Source: Vicinamibacteria bacterium | GTDB lineage: Bacteria; Acidobacteriota; Vicinamibacteria; Marinacidobacterales; Marinacidobacteraceae | NCBI GenBank assembly: GCA_963668695.2 | Contig: CAXXLQ010000004.1 | Location: forward strand, 3,392,001-3,456,000 | Direction of reading: 5' to 3' | DNA: 64,000 bases | Shown: one piece after another, positions 9,502 through 20,773 of the stretch | Layout of the letters: each line of letters begins with the position of its first letter | Position numbering within the stretch: position 1 is the first letter of the stretch | Notes under the pieces: model-generated | Told to the model about the DNA's origin: nothing | The model's database searches: none | What the model saw: the letters and a program-made list of their open reading frames with translations, nothing else | Program-made: the position numbers and the translations under genes

Positions 9502-12500
9502 TTGCGCGAACAAGAACCCGCCTTCGAGGAACCGCCACTGACCTCCCTGCTCTCCCGCTTCGACCCCGCGGTTGCCGGCTGGTTCCGAGAGCGTTTCGAA
9601 GCGCCCACCGAACCCCAGGCAAAGGGCTGGCCCGCGATCGCACGGGGAGAAGACGTCCTGATCACCGCGCCTACCGGCTCGGGCAAGACGCTCGCCGCGT
9701 TCCTGTTCGCGCTGGACCGGCTCACCCGGGAGGCCCGCGTCGGACCGCTGGCGGACGAAACGCGCGTCGTCTATGTCTCGCCGCTCAAGGCGCTGAGCGC
9801 CGATATCCGCCGGAATCTCGAAATCCCGCTCGCCGGAATCGCCGCGCGGGCCGCGGCGGCGGGCGATCCCCTTCCCGCGCTCCGCGCCGAACTCCGCACC
9901 GGAGACACGCCTGCCGCTCAGCGGGCCCGGATGACCCGGAAGCCGCCCCACATCCTGGTCACGACGCCGGAATCGCTCTACCTGCTGCTCACCGCCGCCC
10001 GCGGCCGTGAGCTCCTCTCGACCGCGGACACCGTGATCGTGGACGAGATCCACGCGCTGGCGCGCGACAAGCGCGGAAGCCATCTCGCGCTCTCGCTCGA
10101 ACGCCTCGACCGGATCGCAGGGCGCCGCCTGCAGCGCATCGGCCTCTCCGCCACCGTCCGGCCGATATCCGAGGTGGCCGGCTTCCTGAGCCCGCGCACG
10201 CCGGGGGGACCGACCGTCATTGACGTCGGCCACCGCCGGGAACTCGACCTCGCGGTGGAGATTCCGGACAGCGAACTGGGTGCGGTGGCGAGCCACGAGA
10301 TCATGGAGGACATCCGGGACCGGATCGCCACCCTCATCGAGGAACACGACACCACCCTCGTGTTCGTGAATACCCGCCGGATGGCGGAGCGGCTGACCCA
10401 CGATCTGGGCGAACGGCTTCCCGCGGGGGCCGTACTCGCCCATCACGGCAGCCTCGCCCGGGAGTTGCGGCTCGAGGCCGAGCGCCGGCTCCAGACCGGG
10501 GAGGTCCGGGCCATCGTCGCGACAGCCTCCCTCGAGCTCGGGATCGACATCGGTTCGGTGAACCTGGTCTGCCAGCTCGGCTCGCCCCGTTCCATCGCGG
10601 TCGCCCTGCAACGGGTGGGCCGCTCGGGACACTGGCTCGGCGCCACCCCGAAAGGGCGGTTCTTTCCCACCACCCGCGATGAACTGGTCGAGTGTGCGGC
10701 ACTGGTCGCCGCGATGGAGTCGGGAGACCTGGACCGGATCCGCATCCCCCAGGCGCCCCTCGACATCCTCGCCCAGCAGCTCGTGGCGGAAACGGGAGCC
10801 ACGCCCGAGCAGCGGCACGATCTGGACCAGCTGTTCGATTTCGTGCGGTGCGCCTACCCCTACCGGCAACTCGAGCGGACGGTGTTCGACGACCTCGTCG
10901 CCATGCTCTCGGAAGGCATCGCGACCGCGCGCGGACGGCGCGGCGCCTACCTGCACCGGGACACCGTTTCCGGCACGGTGCGCGCCCGCCGGGGCGCCCG
11001 GCTGGCGGCCATCCAGAGCGGCGGAGCGATCCCGGAGACGGCGCAATATCAAGTTGTCGCCGAACCCGACGACCGGATCGTAGGCCAGCTCGACGAGGAC
11101 TTCGCCATCGAGAGCTACCGGGGCGACGTCTTTTTGCTCGGGACCACCGCCTGGCGGATCCGGCGGATCGCCGAAGGACAGGTCCGGGTCGAAGACGCCC
11201 AGGGCGCGGCGCCGACCATTCCCTTCTGGAGGGGAGAAGCGCCGGGCCGGACCCCCGAACTGAGCGTCCGGGTGGCGGAACTCCGCGAACGAGTGGATGA
11301 AAGCCTGCCGGAGAAGGCCCGCGTCGAGCTGAGCGCGGCGTCGCACCTCGACGGCGCCGGCGCCGACCAGCTCATCCGCTATCTCGCCGCCGGCCGGGCC
11401 GCGCTGGGCGCCATGCCGAGCCAGCGCACCGTGGTTGCGGAGCGGTTCTTCGACGAATCGGGCGGGATGCAGCTCGTGATCCACGCTCCCTTCGGGAGCC
11501 GGATCAACCGGGCCTGGGGTCTCGCGCTCCGGAAGCGCTTCTGCCGGTCCTTCAACCTGGAACTCCAGGCGGCGGCAACCGATGACGGCATCGTCATCTC
11601 CCTGACCGACCTGCACTCCTTCCCGCTGGAGTCGGTGTTCTCGTTCCTGAAGCCGGCAACCCTCGAGCCGGTGCTGACCCAGGCGGTTCTGGGCGTACCC
11701 CTGTTCTTCGTGCGCTGGCGCTGGGCCGCATCCCGGGCGCTCGCGGTGCCCCGCCGGCGGTCCGGCAAGCGGGTGCCGCCACCCATCCAGCGGATGCTCA
11801 CCGACGACTTGCTCGCCGCGGTCTTCCCGGACCAGGCCGCCTGCGCCGAAAACCTTGCCGGTGAGGTGCGGATTCCGAAACACCCGCTGGTTGACGAGGC
11901 GATCGCCGATTGCCTCCACGAAGCGTTGGACCTCGAGGGCCTGCGAAAGCTCCTCGAAAACATCCGGAGCGGACGGGTGCGCACGGTGGCGGTGGACACC
12001 CCGGAAGCGTCGCCCTTCGCGGCCGAGATTCTGAACGCCAATCCGTTCGCATTCCTCGATCCGGCGCCCCTGGAGGAGCGCCGCGCCCGGGCCGTCCGGA
12101 TGCGGCGGTCGCTGCCCCCCGAACTCGATTCCGAGGCGGTCCTCGACCCCGAGGCGATCGAGCAGGCAGCGGCGGAAGCGGCGCCGCCGGTCCGGGACGC
12201 GGACGAACTCCACGACGCGCTGCTCACCCTGGGAGCGATGCGGGAGACGCCGGAATGGGCCGGATGGTTCGCCGAGCTCGAAACCGGCCGCCGCGCTACC
12301 GCGTTTTCGGCGAGCGGGGGTCGGCTATGGGTGGCCGTCGAGCGGCTCGGTATCGCCCGAGCAGTCTGGGCCCGCGCGGTCTGGCCGGATGCTCCCCCGC
12401 CCGCGGCCGGCCCGACGGAATCGTCCGGGGTCCCGGACACCCGGGCCGCTGCGGCTGCCGCGATTCTTCGCGGAGTCATGGACTCCTCCGGCCCCATGAC

Positions 12501-13836
12501 CGCACCGGGGCTCGCCGACCGGCTGGCGATCCCCGAGACGACGGTCCAGGCAGCGCTCCAGCTTCTGGAGGCCGAGGGAGTGGTGCTTCAGGGGCGTTTT
12601 TCACACCCCCCGGCGGAAACAGGACCGGTCGAGTGGTGCCACCGGCGGGTGCTGGCCCGCGTCCACCGCCTCACCCTCGCGCGGCTCCGCCGCGAGTCGG
12701 CGCCGGTCAGCGCCGCCGCCTTCCTCGACTTCCTGGCCGGGTGGCAGCACGCGACGGCCGAGACCCGGCTCCACGGGCCGCGCGGGGTCCGGGAGGTGAT
12801 CGCCCAGTTACAGGGGCTCGAAGCGCCGGCGGCGGCCTGGGAGTCACAGATCCTGCCGCTGCGGATCGCCGGATATCGCCGCGACTGGCTCGACGAGAAC
12901 TGCCTTTCGGGCGAGGTGGTGTGGGGACGGACATCCCTTCCGGAAACGTCCCCGAACGGGAGCGCGGCGGCTCGGCTCCCGGCGCGGCCGACCCGAGCGG
13001 CCCCGATCGGACTGCTCCTCCGAAGTGAACTCGGCCGTTGGCTTCGACGCCGGGAGGAGGACCGCGCGGACCGCTCTTCGGCGGCGGGCAAGGTCCTGAA
13101 ACTCCTCGAAGAGGGCGGAGCGCAGTTCTTCGCCGAACTCCAGGCGCGCTCCGGGTTATTGCCCGCGGCCCTCGAGGACGCGCTCTGGGAACTGACCGCC
13201 GGCGGGCGGGTAACCGCGGACGGTTTCGACAACCTGCGCGCGCTCATGGACCCGCGGCGGCGAAGCGCCTACGGGCGTTACCGAAGGCGGAAGGCGCGCT
13301 ACTCGCCGGGCCGCTGGGCGCTCCTGGCGGCGCCCGCTGACGAGGGGGGAGAACCGACCGATCACGAAGCGGTCGCCCGCCAACTCCTCCGGCGCTGGGG
13401 GGTGGTGTTCCGCGACCTGCTGAAGCGGGAGCGGATCGAATCGCGCTGGCGCGACCTCCAACTCGTCCTGCGGCGGCTGGAGATGCGGGGCGAGGTGGTC
13501 GGCGGGCGGTTCGTCACGACCTTCGCCGGAGAGCAGTTCGCCCTGCCCGAGGCCGTTGCCCCACTGCGCCGCGCCGGTCGGGACGGGGGCGAGCCGGGGC
13601 CGAGGCTGACCATCGGCGCCGCCGATCCGCTCAACCTGTCCGGGATCCTGATTCCCGGCCCGCGCGTTCCTGTCACATCGTCGGAGAACCTGGTGCTGCA
13701 AGGGGGCGCCCTGACCCCGGCGGGCAGGGGCCCCATCCACGCGGACTACACCCCGAGCGCACCGTCCGGCCCTCCCGGCTCCGCACCACCATTCGCCAAC
13801 CACGCGGGCCTTCCGCATCCACTCAGCGAGCCTTAA
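9502..13836 (+). CDS. lhr: Lhr-family ATP-dependent DEAD/H helicase (long form)
   Basis: APTGSGKT, YVSPLKAL, TTPESLY, DEIH, HHGSL, ATASLELGIDIG, QRVGRSGH; C-terminal GRFV..FAGEQFA. Start codon uncertain. Confidence 0.93.
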   Translation: MREQEPAFEEPPLTSLLSRFDPAVAGWFRERFEAPTEPQAKGWPAIARGEDVLITAPTGSGKTLAAFLFALDRLTREARVGPLADETRVVYVSPLKALSADIRRNLEIPLAGIAARAAAAGDPLPALRAELRTGDTPAAQRARMTRKPPHILVTTPESLYLLLTAARGRELLSTADTVIVDEIHALARDKRGSHLALSLERLDRIAGRRLQRIGLSATVRPISEVAGFLSPRTPGGPTVIDVGHRRELDLAVEIPDSELGAVASHEIMEDIRDRIATLIEEHDTTLVFVNTRRMAERLTHDLGERLPAGAVLAHHGSLARELRLEAERRLQTGEVRAIVATASLELGIDIGSVNLVCQLGSPRSIAVALQRVGRSGHWLGATPKGRFFPTTRDELVECAALVAAMESGDLDRIRIPQAPLDILAQQLVAETGATPEQRHDLDQLFDFVRCAYPYRQLERTVFDDLVAMLSEGIATARGRRGAYLHRDTVSGTVRARRGARLAAIQSGGAIPETAQYQVVAEPDDRIVGQLDEDFAIESYRGDVFLLGTTAWRIRRIAEGQVRVEDAQGAAPTIPFWRGEAPGRTPELSVRVAELRERVDESLPEKARVELSAASHLDGAGADQLIRYLAAGRAALGAMPSQRTVVAERFFDESGGMQLVIHAPFGSRINRAWGLALRKRFCRSFNLELQAAATDDGIVISLTDLHSFPLESVFSFLKPATLEPVLTQAVLGVPLFFVRWRWAASRALAVPRRRSGKRVPPPIQRMLTDDLLAAVFPDQAACAENLAGEVRIPKHPLVDEAIADCLHEALDLEGLRKLLENIRSGRVRTVAVDTPEASPFAAEILNANPFAFLDPAPLEERRARAVRMRRSLPPELDSEAVLDPEAIEQAAAEAAPPVRDADELHDALLTLGAMRETPEWAGWFAELETGRRATAFSASGGRLWVAVERLGIARAVWARAVWPDAPPPAAGPTESSGVPDTRAAAAAAILRGVMDSSGPMTAPGLADRLAIPETTVQAALQLLEAEGVVLQGRFSHPPAETGPVEWCHRRVLARVHRLTLARLRRESAPVSAAAFLDFLAGWQHATAETRLHGPRGVREVIAQLQGLEAPAAAWESQILPLRIAGYRRDWLDENCLSGEVVWGRTSLPETSPNGSAAARLPARPTRAAPIGLLLRSELGRWLRRREEDRADRSSAAGKVLKLLEEGGAQFFAELQARSGLLPAALEDALWELTAGGRVTADGFDNLRALMDPRRRSAYGRYRRRKARYSPGRWALLAAPADEGGEPTDHEAVARQLLRRWGVVFRDLLKRERIESRWRDLQLVLRRLEMRGEVVGGRFVTTFAGEQFALPEAVAPLRRAGRDGGEPGPRLTIGAADPLNLSGILIPGPRVPVTSSENLVLQGGALTPAGRGPIHADYTPSAPSGPPGSAPPFANHAGLPHPLSEP

Positions 13837-13846
13837 ATATGGTAAT

Positions 13847-14122
13847 ATGGGTCGCGTGAAGACAACGATCGAACTTCCGGACCCGATCCTCCGGCAGGCC
13901 CGGATGCTGGCCGCCGCGCGCGGGACGACTCTGAAACGACTCTTCACCGAAGCCCTTGAGGAGAAACTCCGCGCTGACACCCGGCGGGCCGGAGAATCCC
14001 GGAACAAGCCACCATGGATGGCGGCATTCGGAGAGCTGTCCGACCTGTCAGAAGAGACCCGGCGCATAGAACGCATCATTGAAGATGAGTTCGAACGCCT
14101 GGAACCCGAAGACCTGGATTGA
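13847..14122 (+). CDS. vapB: VapB-like antitoxin
   Basis: VKTTIELPDPILRQARMLAAARGTTLK RHH-like N-terminus; overlaps the PIN gene start. Confidence 0.75.
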   Translation: MGRVKTTIELPDPILRQARMLAAARGTTLKRLFTEALEEKLRADTRRAGESRNKPPWMAAFGELSDLSEETRRIERIIEDEFERLEPEDLD

Positions 14123-14496
14123 TTCTCGACACGAACGCCCTGTCTGCGCTGGCGGACGGGAATTCGGCCGTCGAAGCGCCCATGATGCTGGCGGACCGAT
14201 TAGTGGTTCCCGTCGTTGTGCTGGGCGAATTCGTTTTCGGGATTCGCCAATCCCGCCATCGTGGCCGTTACGAGGACTGGCTTCGCCGAAGGCTCCGCCT
14301 CGTGGACATCGCCGCGGTCAGTTCACGGACAGCCCATCACTACGCCGAAATCCGTCTCGAACTGAAGCGTGCGGGGCGTCCCATCCCGGCGAACGATGTC
14401 TGGATCGCGGCGCTGGCCCGGCAGCATGCGCTGCCGCTGCTCAGCCGCGATACCCATTTCGACGCCGTCCGGGATCTGGAGAGGATTCCTTTCTGA
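14119..14496 (+). CDS. vapC: VapC PIN-domain toxin
   Basis: ILDTN, VLGE, GRPIPANDVWIAALA, LSRDTHFD. Confidence 0.93.
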   Translation: MILDTNALSALADGNSAVEAPMMLADRLVVPVVVLGEFVFGIRQSRHRGRYEDWLRRRLRLVDIAAVSSRTAHHYAEIRLELKRAGRPIPANDVWIAALARQHALPLLSRDTHFDAVRDLERIPF

Positions 14497-14545
14497 CCCA
14501 TCGCGATCCGGCGCCCGCTGATGAGTTGACTGCTACCCTGCGTGG

Positions 14546-14797
14546 ATGAGCCGGGACGGCAAAGACGACCGGATTGACGAAGCCGTGCTGGCGCTCCTCT
14601 ATCTGGGGATTCACGAGCGCGATCCCGGGATGGGGGCGCGCACCTGGAAGTCGTTCGACTGGGACGCGATGGACCGGCTTCACCAGAAGGGTCTGATTTC
14701 CAACCCGGTGAGCAAGGCCAGGTCGGTCGTCTTGACCGAGACAGGTTTGCCCCCGGCGGAGGCGGCGTTTCGGCGACTCTTCGAGGTGGACGGGTGA
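14546..14797 (+). CDS. Small winged-helix-like protein (DUF6429-like)
   Basis: DRIDEAVLALLYL..RTWKSFDWDAMDRLHQKGLISNPVSKARSVVLTETG pattern. Confidence 0.75.
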   Translation: MSRDGKDDRIDEAVLALLYLGIHERDPGMGARTWKSFDWDAMDRLHQKGLISNPVSKARSVVLTETGLPPAEAAFRRLFEVDG

Positions 14798-14928
14798 GCC
14801 CCGCGTCGCATTGAGGTGAGCGAGGCCGCACCGCCTGCTTCCGGTCCCTGCCCCGCTGGTCCCCGTTACCGTGAGGCGGAGGTGGCTACGGACTCCGTGA
14901 TCGGCGCCGGGGCGGTCCGGCCGGTCTC

Positions 14929-16230
14929 GTGCTGACTCGCCGAGGCGCGCCGGGCGGGACGGCGGCAGCACCTCCGGTCGCCGCGGCCGAACGAGCGTTC
15001 CGGGAACGTTACGGGCATCGCCCCGAGACCGTCGCGTTCGCCCCGGGCCGGGTGAACATCATCGGGGAGCACGTCGACTACTGCGGGCTGCCCGTGCTGC
15101 CGGCGGCGCTCGGGCGCGGCGTAGCGCTCGCTTTCGCTCCGCGCGCCGACGACCGGATCCGCTGCTTCAGCACCGAGCCCGGCTTCGGCGAGACCGATTT
15201 CGCCCAGGGGGAGGCGCCGCCCACCGGGTTCGGGCGCTACCTGAGCGCCGCCGCGGTCGGACTCGAAGCAGGCGACTGGACCCCGGCCTCCCACGCCGGC
15301 TTCGACGGGGCGCTCGCCTCCGATCTGCCGGTGGCCGCCGGACTCTCCTCCTCGTCAGCGGTCGTGATCGCGGGAGCGCTCGCAATGCTCACGGTTCGGG
15401 GCCGCCTCACCCCCGGCGCCGCCCTTTCCGGCGACGAAGCGATGCGGCTCGCCCTCGATCTCGCCGAAGCGGAGCACGGGGTGGCCATCCAGGGCGGCGC
15501 CATGGACCAGTCCATCTGCCTGGCTGGAATCCCCGGACACGCGCTCCACATCGCCTTCGAACCACCCGGCTGGAGCCCGGTCCCGGTGGACGCGGGGCGT
15601 TTCCGCTTTCTCGTGGCGTACAGCGGTCAGCGCGCCGACAAGGGTGCGGCCGCGGGCGCCGTCTTCGACGAACGTGTCGGGCAGGCGCGGGAGGCGCTGG
15701 TCCGCGTCCGCGCCCTTCTTCCGGATGCGGACGGCTATCCGGCGCTGCTCGCCAACTATCCCGTGAAGGAACTCCTGTCGCTGGCACAACGCCTGCCCCC
15801 GCCGCTAAGCGGACGCTTTCGGCATGTGGTGACCGAAGCCCGGCGCACCACGGCAGCTCTCAGCCACCTGCGGGACGGCGACGCCATCGCCCTCGGCCAG
15901 GTGTTGAATGCCTCCCACGAAAGCCTCCGTTACGACTACGAGGTGAGCACGCCGGAACTCGATGCCCTGGTGGAGGCGGCGCGCCACGGCGGAGCCCTGG
16001 GCGCCCGGCTGACGGGCGCCGGACTGGGCGGCGCCGTGGTGATCCTCTCCGCTCCCGGCGCCCAAGCCGCCATCCGGGCGTGTCTGACCGAGCGGTACTA
16101 CGCCCCGCGCGGAATCCCGAGTCCCGGAACCACCCACCTGGTGGACGCCACACCCTCCGGACCGGCGGCCCTGCTCCAGGCCGAACTGCGCGCTCCCAGT
16201 TTCCCAGCCACGTCGCTCGCGAAGCTGTAA
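14929..16230 (+). CDS. galK: Galactokinase family (GHMP) kinase
   Basis: APGRVNIIGEHVDY, PVAAGLSSSSA, MDQ, GARLTGAGLGG. Confidence 0.88.
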   Translation: MLTRRGAPGGTAAAPPVAAAERAFRERYGHRPETVAFAPGRVNIIGEHVDYCGLPVLPAALGRGVALAFAPRADDRIRCFSTEPGFGETDFAQGEAPPTGFGRYLSAAAVGLEAGDWTPASHAGFDGALASDLPVAAGLSSSSAVVIAGALAMLTVRGRLTPGAALSGDEAMRLALDLAEAEHGVAIQGGAMDQSICLAGIPGHALHIAFEPPGWSPVPVDAGRFRFLVAYSGQRADKGAAAGAVFDERVGQAREALVRVRALLPDADGYPALLANYPVKELLSLAQRLPPPLSGRFRHVVTEARRTTAALSHLRDGDAIALGQVLNASHESLRYDYEVSTPELDALVEAARHGGALGARLTGAGLGGAVVILSAPGAQAAIRACLTERYYAPRGIPSPGTTHLVDATPSGPAALLQAELRAPSFPATSLAKL

Positions 16231-19200
16231 AGGACCGGAACCAGGAACAGCGTGACCAGGGTGGCGAAAGCGACCCCGCAAGCCAGCGAAACCGCCATCG
16301 GAATGAGCAACGCGGCCTGGTAGCTCCGCTCCAGCAGCAGCGGGGTCACCCCGGCGCAGGTGGTCAGCGAGGTAATGACGATGGCCCGGAAGCGCGCTGG
16401 TCCGGACGCAAGCGCCGCTTCCCGTGCCGAAAGACCCCGAGTTCGGCTCTTGTTGCTGAAATCGAGCATCACGAGAGCATCGTTGACCACGATCCCAATG
16501 AGCGGCGCCATTCCGAAAAAGCTCATCAGATCCAGATTGATTCCCATGATGAAGTGCCCGTACACCGCCCCGGCTAGCCCGAACGGGATCGCGGCCAGGA
16601 TGACGAACGGCTGGGTCCACGAACCGAGCGGTACGGCGAGCAACACAAAGATGAGCATCACGGCCAGGAGCCCGCTGCGTGCGAGGGCCCCCTGGCTTTC
16701 CTCTGCCTCTCCGGCCACCCCGGTGATCCCGAAGTCGTATCCCGCAAAGCGCTCGCGGAGTTCGGGAAACACTCCATTGCGGGCGCCCGCGATGACGGCG
16801 TCGGGAGTCGCAACGCGGCCGTCAACACTGGCGAGAACGGTGACAGCCCGCGATGAATCCACCCGGCGGATGACGGATTGTCCGCTCGCCCGGGAGACCT
16901 CAGCGATCTCGCCAAGCGAGGTCACGCGGCCGTCCGGCCGGCGTACCGGCAGTTCCGCCATTCCCGGAACACCCCCGGAATCGGCCCGCGGGTAGCGGAG
17001 GACGACCCGAATCTCGTCGCGGCCCCGGTGGTACCGCGCAATCTCCTCGCCATGAAACGCCTGCCGGAGCTGGCGGCCCACCATCCCGGCATCGATTCCG
17101 GTTCCGGCTCCTCCGGGTCGAACCCGAGCCACCAGTCCCGGCGCCATTCCCTCGAAATCGTCGAGAACGAGCGTCACTCCCGGGATTTCCCCGAGCCCGG
17201 CCTGGAGCGCCTCCGACGCCGCCACCAGCCCATCGAAGTCGGGACCGCGGATCCTGATGGACACATCCGCCGGCTGGCCGAACGCATCGCTGATCACGGA
17301 CACCTCGGCGTCCAGCGGCTCCGACCGAACATGCTCCCGCACCCGATCCGCAACGCTACGGGTCGACAACCCCGCGCGGTCCTCCTGGGGGCTGAGACGC
17401 CACACGATCTGGCCTATCGCCGCCCCCACCCCACCGGACTGCCCACCGAACGACTCCCCGACACCGATCGGGAAACGCTGTCCCACCAGAACCACCCGGT
17501 GGCGCTGCACGTCCCCCCCGGATTCCTCAAGGATTTCTTCGCGCACCTCGTCCACCGCGACGTTTAGCGAGGCAATGACCTTGCGGGTGGCGTCCGAAGT
17601 CGCCGACGCCGGCAGCGTGACCTGCAGGATGACGATGTTGTTGTCCATGGGCGAGTTCGTCACCACCGGCACCCAACCCCCCGCCGTCAAACCGAAGGCG
17701 AGGGACAGCGCGAAGACGCCCGCCGCCAGCGTCGCGAGCCGGTTACTGAGCGCCCACCGCAGCGCTGGCCGGTAGACCATCGCCACGATCCAGTCGAAAC
17801 CCGACTGGACCGTGCCGCGGATCCGGGCGAGTCGGCGGCTCGGACGCACGGCCAAGCCGCCGTGCGCCAGGTGATGCGGGAGGATCAGGGCGGCTTCCAG
17901 GAGGGAGAACGCCAAAATGGGAAGCACCATGCGCGGCACGTCGCCGATCAGTTCGCCGTAAACGCCCGGAATTCCAAGGAGCGGGGCAAACGCGGCCATC
18001 GTGGTCAGCACGCCGAACGCCGCCGGGAAGAAGACCCGCCGGGTGCCCCGAATAGCTGCCTCTTCCACGTTCTCGCCGCCGCCCTCCATCCGTCGCTGAA
18101 CGTTTTCGCCGACCACGATCGCATCGTCCACCACGATGCCGAGGGCCATGATGAACCCGAACATGCTGATCAGGTTCACCGTGACCCCGAGCCAGGGCAT
18201 CAACAGGAAGGCGCCGAAGAAGGGTGAACGGAAGTCCGGCGGCAGTCCAGACCGCAAGGCGGGTCGAGAGAGTGAAGAAGAGAACCAGGAAGATGAGACC
18301 CAGACCGGAAATCCCGTTCCGGATCATGAGGTCCAGACGGTCCTGGAAGTCCTCGGACGCGAAGTACCAGGGCGTCGCCTGGATGCCTTCCGGAAGCTGG
18401 ATTCCCCGGATGACTTCGCGCGCCCTCTCGGTGGTCTCCGCAAGCCGGCCGCTTTCTCTGAGGCTCACGGTCAGGAATACCGCGGGTTCGCCGTCCATCC
18501 AGGCTTCCCGATCCGCCGCATCCAGGCCGTCGGTCACGATCCCCACCTCAGCCAGGCGGGCAGTTCCGCCACCCGGGACCGCAATGAGCGGGATCCGCCC
18601 GAAGTCTTCAGCGTTAATCGCGGCCCCTTCGGTTCTCAGGCTGAGCTCGTGCGAGCCGCTGCGCGCCGTTCCGGCAGGAATCTCCGCGGAACCCGACCGC
18701 ACGGCAGCCGCCACCCGATCGAAAGTCAGCCCGAAGCGCGTCAGGTTCTCCTCGGGGATCTCGATCGTCAGTTCCCGGTCCCACCCGGTCAGGCGCTCCA
18801 CACTGGATACCCCGCGAACTGCGGCGACGGCATCCTGGACCCTGCGGGCCGCCTCGTGAAGGTCCCGTTCGCCGGCTACCCCGTGCACGGCGATCCGGAA
18901 GATCTCCCGGTTCTCGGCGATTTCGGATACCACGGGATCCTCCGCCTCGGCCGGGAGGGTGGTGAGCGATCCCACGCGCTCGCGCACCCGGTCCCCGATG
19001 CGGCGGATGTCCGCCCCGGCTTCCAGAACGAGCGTCAGCGCCGCGGCCTCATCCACGGCGAGGCCGGTCGTTTCGCGAACGCCCTCAATCCCCCGGAGCG
19101 CTTCTTCCAGCAGGAGCAGCACGCGCGATTCGACCACTTCGGCTTCGGCTCCCGGCAACACGACCCGCACCACGACGGCGGGGGAAGACGTCTCCGGAAG

Positions 19201-19344
19201 GAGTTCGTGCGGAACTCCGCCGAGGGCGATGTAGCCGGCCAGACAGACCCCGAAGAAGATCAGGTTCGCAGCGACCCGGTTCCGCACGAATCAGGCGATC
19301 ACTCCGGTGGAACGACCGCTGCCAGCGGCGGTGGTTTGAACCAT
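16098..19344 (-). pseudogene. AcrB/AcrD/AcrF RND efflux permease, disrupted
   Basis: ATG 19344 MVQTT..GVIA*FVRNRVAAN with in-frame TGA at 19291-19293 where Trp is typical; +1 frameshift at 18222-18224; C-terminal part has GIVVDDAIVVGEN and RFRAIVITSLTT. Confidence 0.85.
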
Positions 19345-19351
19345 GGGGCCG

Positions 19352-20542
19352 CTAGCAGCCCGACCCGGGAGGTCCCTCACCGGCCGCCCCGCGCGCTTCC
19401 ATGACCCGCACCCGCATCCCTTCGGCGACCATCGAAGGAGGAGAGATCACGAGCCGCTCCCCATCCGCGAGACCGGAGCGCACCCAGAGAGCGGCATCGC
19501 CGGCCGGCCAGAAAGCGTCCACCTCGCGAACCCGGATCCGGTCCTCGGCGTCCACGATGAGGACGGTGCCGTCAGCGCGGAACGCGCTCCGCGGCACCAC
19601 CGCCACCTCCGCGAACTCCTTTCCCTCGATCTCGACCCGCACGAACATGCCTGCCACCAGCGGCGGCCGGCCATCAGCAGTTTCCCGGTAAGGGTGGGGC
19701 ACTTCGATCACCGCGGGAAAGAACCGGGTCGCCGGATCCACTTCACCCTCCATCCGGGTGAGTCGCCCTTCCCAGGTCCACCGTTCAGCCGCCGTCGGTG
19801 GGCCGAGGGTCGCCGTCACGCGCGCCGCAGGCCCCGGTCCAACCGCTCCCCGAAACGGCAGATCCACAAGGGGAAGGGCCGCGTCCGGCAGCGAAACGCG
19901 CACCTCGGACACGTCCAGAGAAAGCAACTCCAGAAGCGGCGCGCCGGGGGTGACACATTCTCCAACCTCGGCGTTCCGAGAGGCAATCAGACCGGCATGC
20001 GGAGCCAGGATCTCCGTGTTCTTCAGATCCTCCTCGGCTCGTTCGAGCGCCGCCCGGGCGGCGCTGGCTGCCTCTTCGGCCGCCGCCAGTTGCGGGAGCC
20101 GAAGCGCCAGGGGATCGGGGGCCATCCCCGCCCCGTCCCATTCCGACCGAGCCAGGTCCGCACCTGCCCGCTCCCTCAGCACCCGCAGTTCCGCCTCGGC
20201 AGCGGCGCTCCGCGCCTGCGCGAGAGCCTGCTCGTAGGGAGCGCGCCGGATCCGGAACAGGGGAGCTTCCGCGGCAACCTGCGCCCCGATTCGGAGAGCG
20301 TCCGCCGCCTAGATCACCTCTCCGGCCGTCTGGGCGGAGACGGTGGTCCGCTTCGCCGGGCGGGCGGTGCCGTCGGCGCTGACCACGACCCGATGCGCCC
20401 CCAGTTCCACCGTCTGCACGTGGACCTCCGTCAGGGGCGTCTCGATTTCCTGCGCCTCCGGCTCCGGCCCGAGAGCTACCAGGATCGCGACGGTCGCAAC
20501 GGATAGCAGCAGGATCGGAACGAAGAGAAAGCGTCGAAGCAT
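19352..20542 (-). pseudogene. RND periplasmic adaptor (MFP) with in-frame stop
   Basis: ORFs 20309-20542 and 19352-20182 are in the same frame, separated by one TAG at 20309-20311 (GEVI*AADAL); IlAPHAGLI and PLVAGMFVRVEIEG MFP motifs. Confidence 0.85.
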
Positions 20543-20773
20543 CAGCGCGACCTCATTGGGACCCCGTCCGCACGACCGCTCCCCAGATCATGCGAATCAG
20601 GCCGCTGGCTGCCCCCATGACGGAAGCAGAGTGTATTGCCAAGCGGAAGCCGCCGATCGGTTCATGGGGACGCGGGCTGGCTGCGGTGCGCACGCGCGGA
20701 CGGGACCGGACGACCGCCGTCTACTGTTCCGTCGAACTCAGCCGCCGATGTCATCCCTGCACCACCCCGGAGA

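Noticed and set aside
9391-12213. Long antisense ORFs (also 4318-6375, 47638-49326, 54351-56153, 62002-63945)
   Set aside because: Shadow ORFs opposite well-supported genes, as expected at high GC3.
19291-19293. TGA in the RND permease as Sec or as genetic code 4/25
   Set aside because: The position corresponds to Trp rather than Cys, TGA ends many genes in the window, and the same operon has other lesions.
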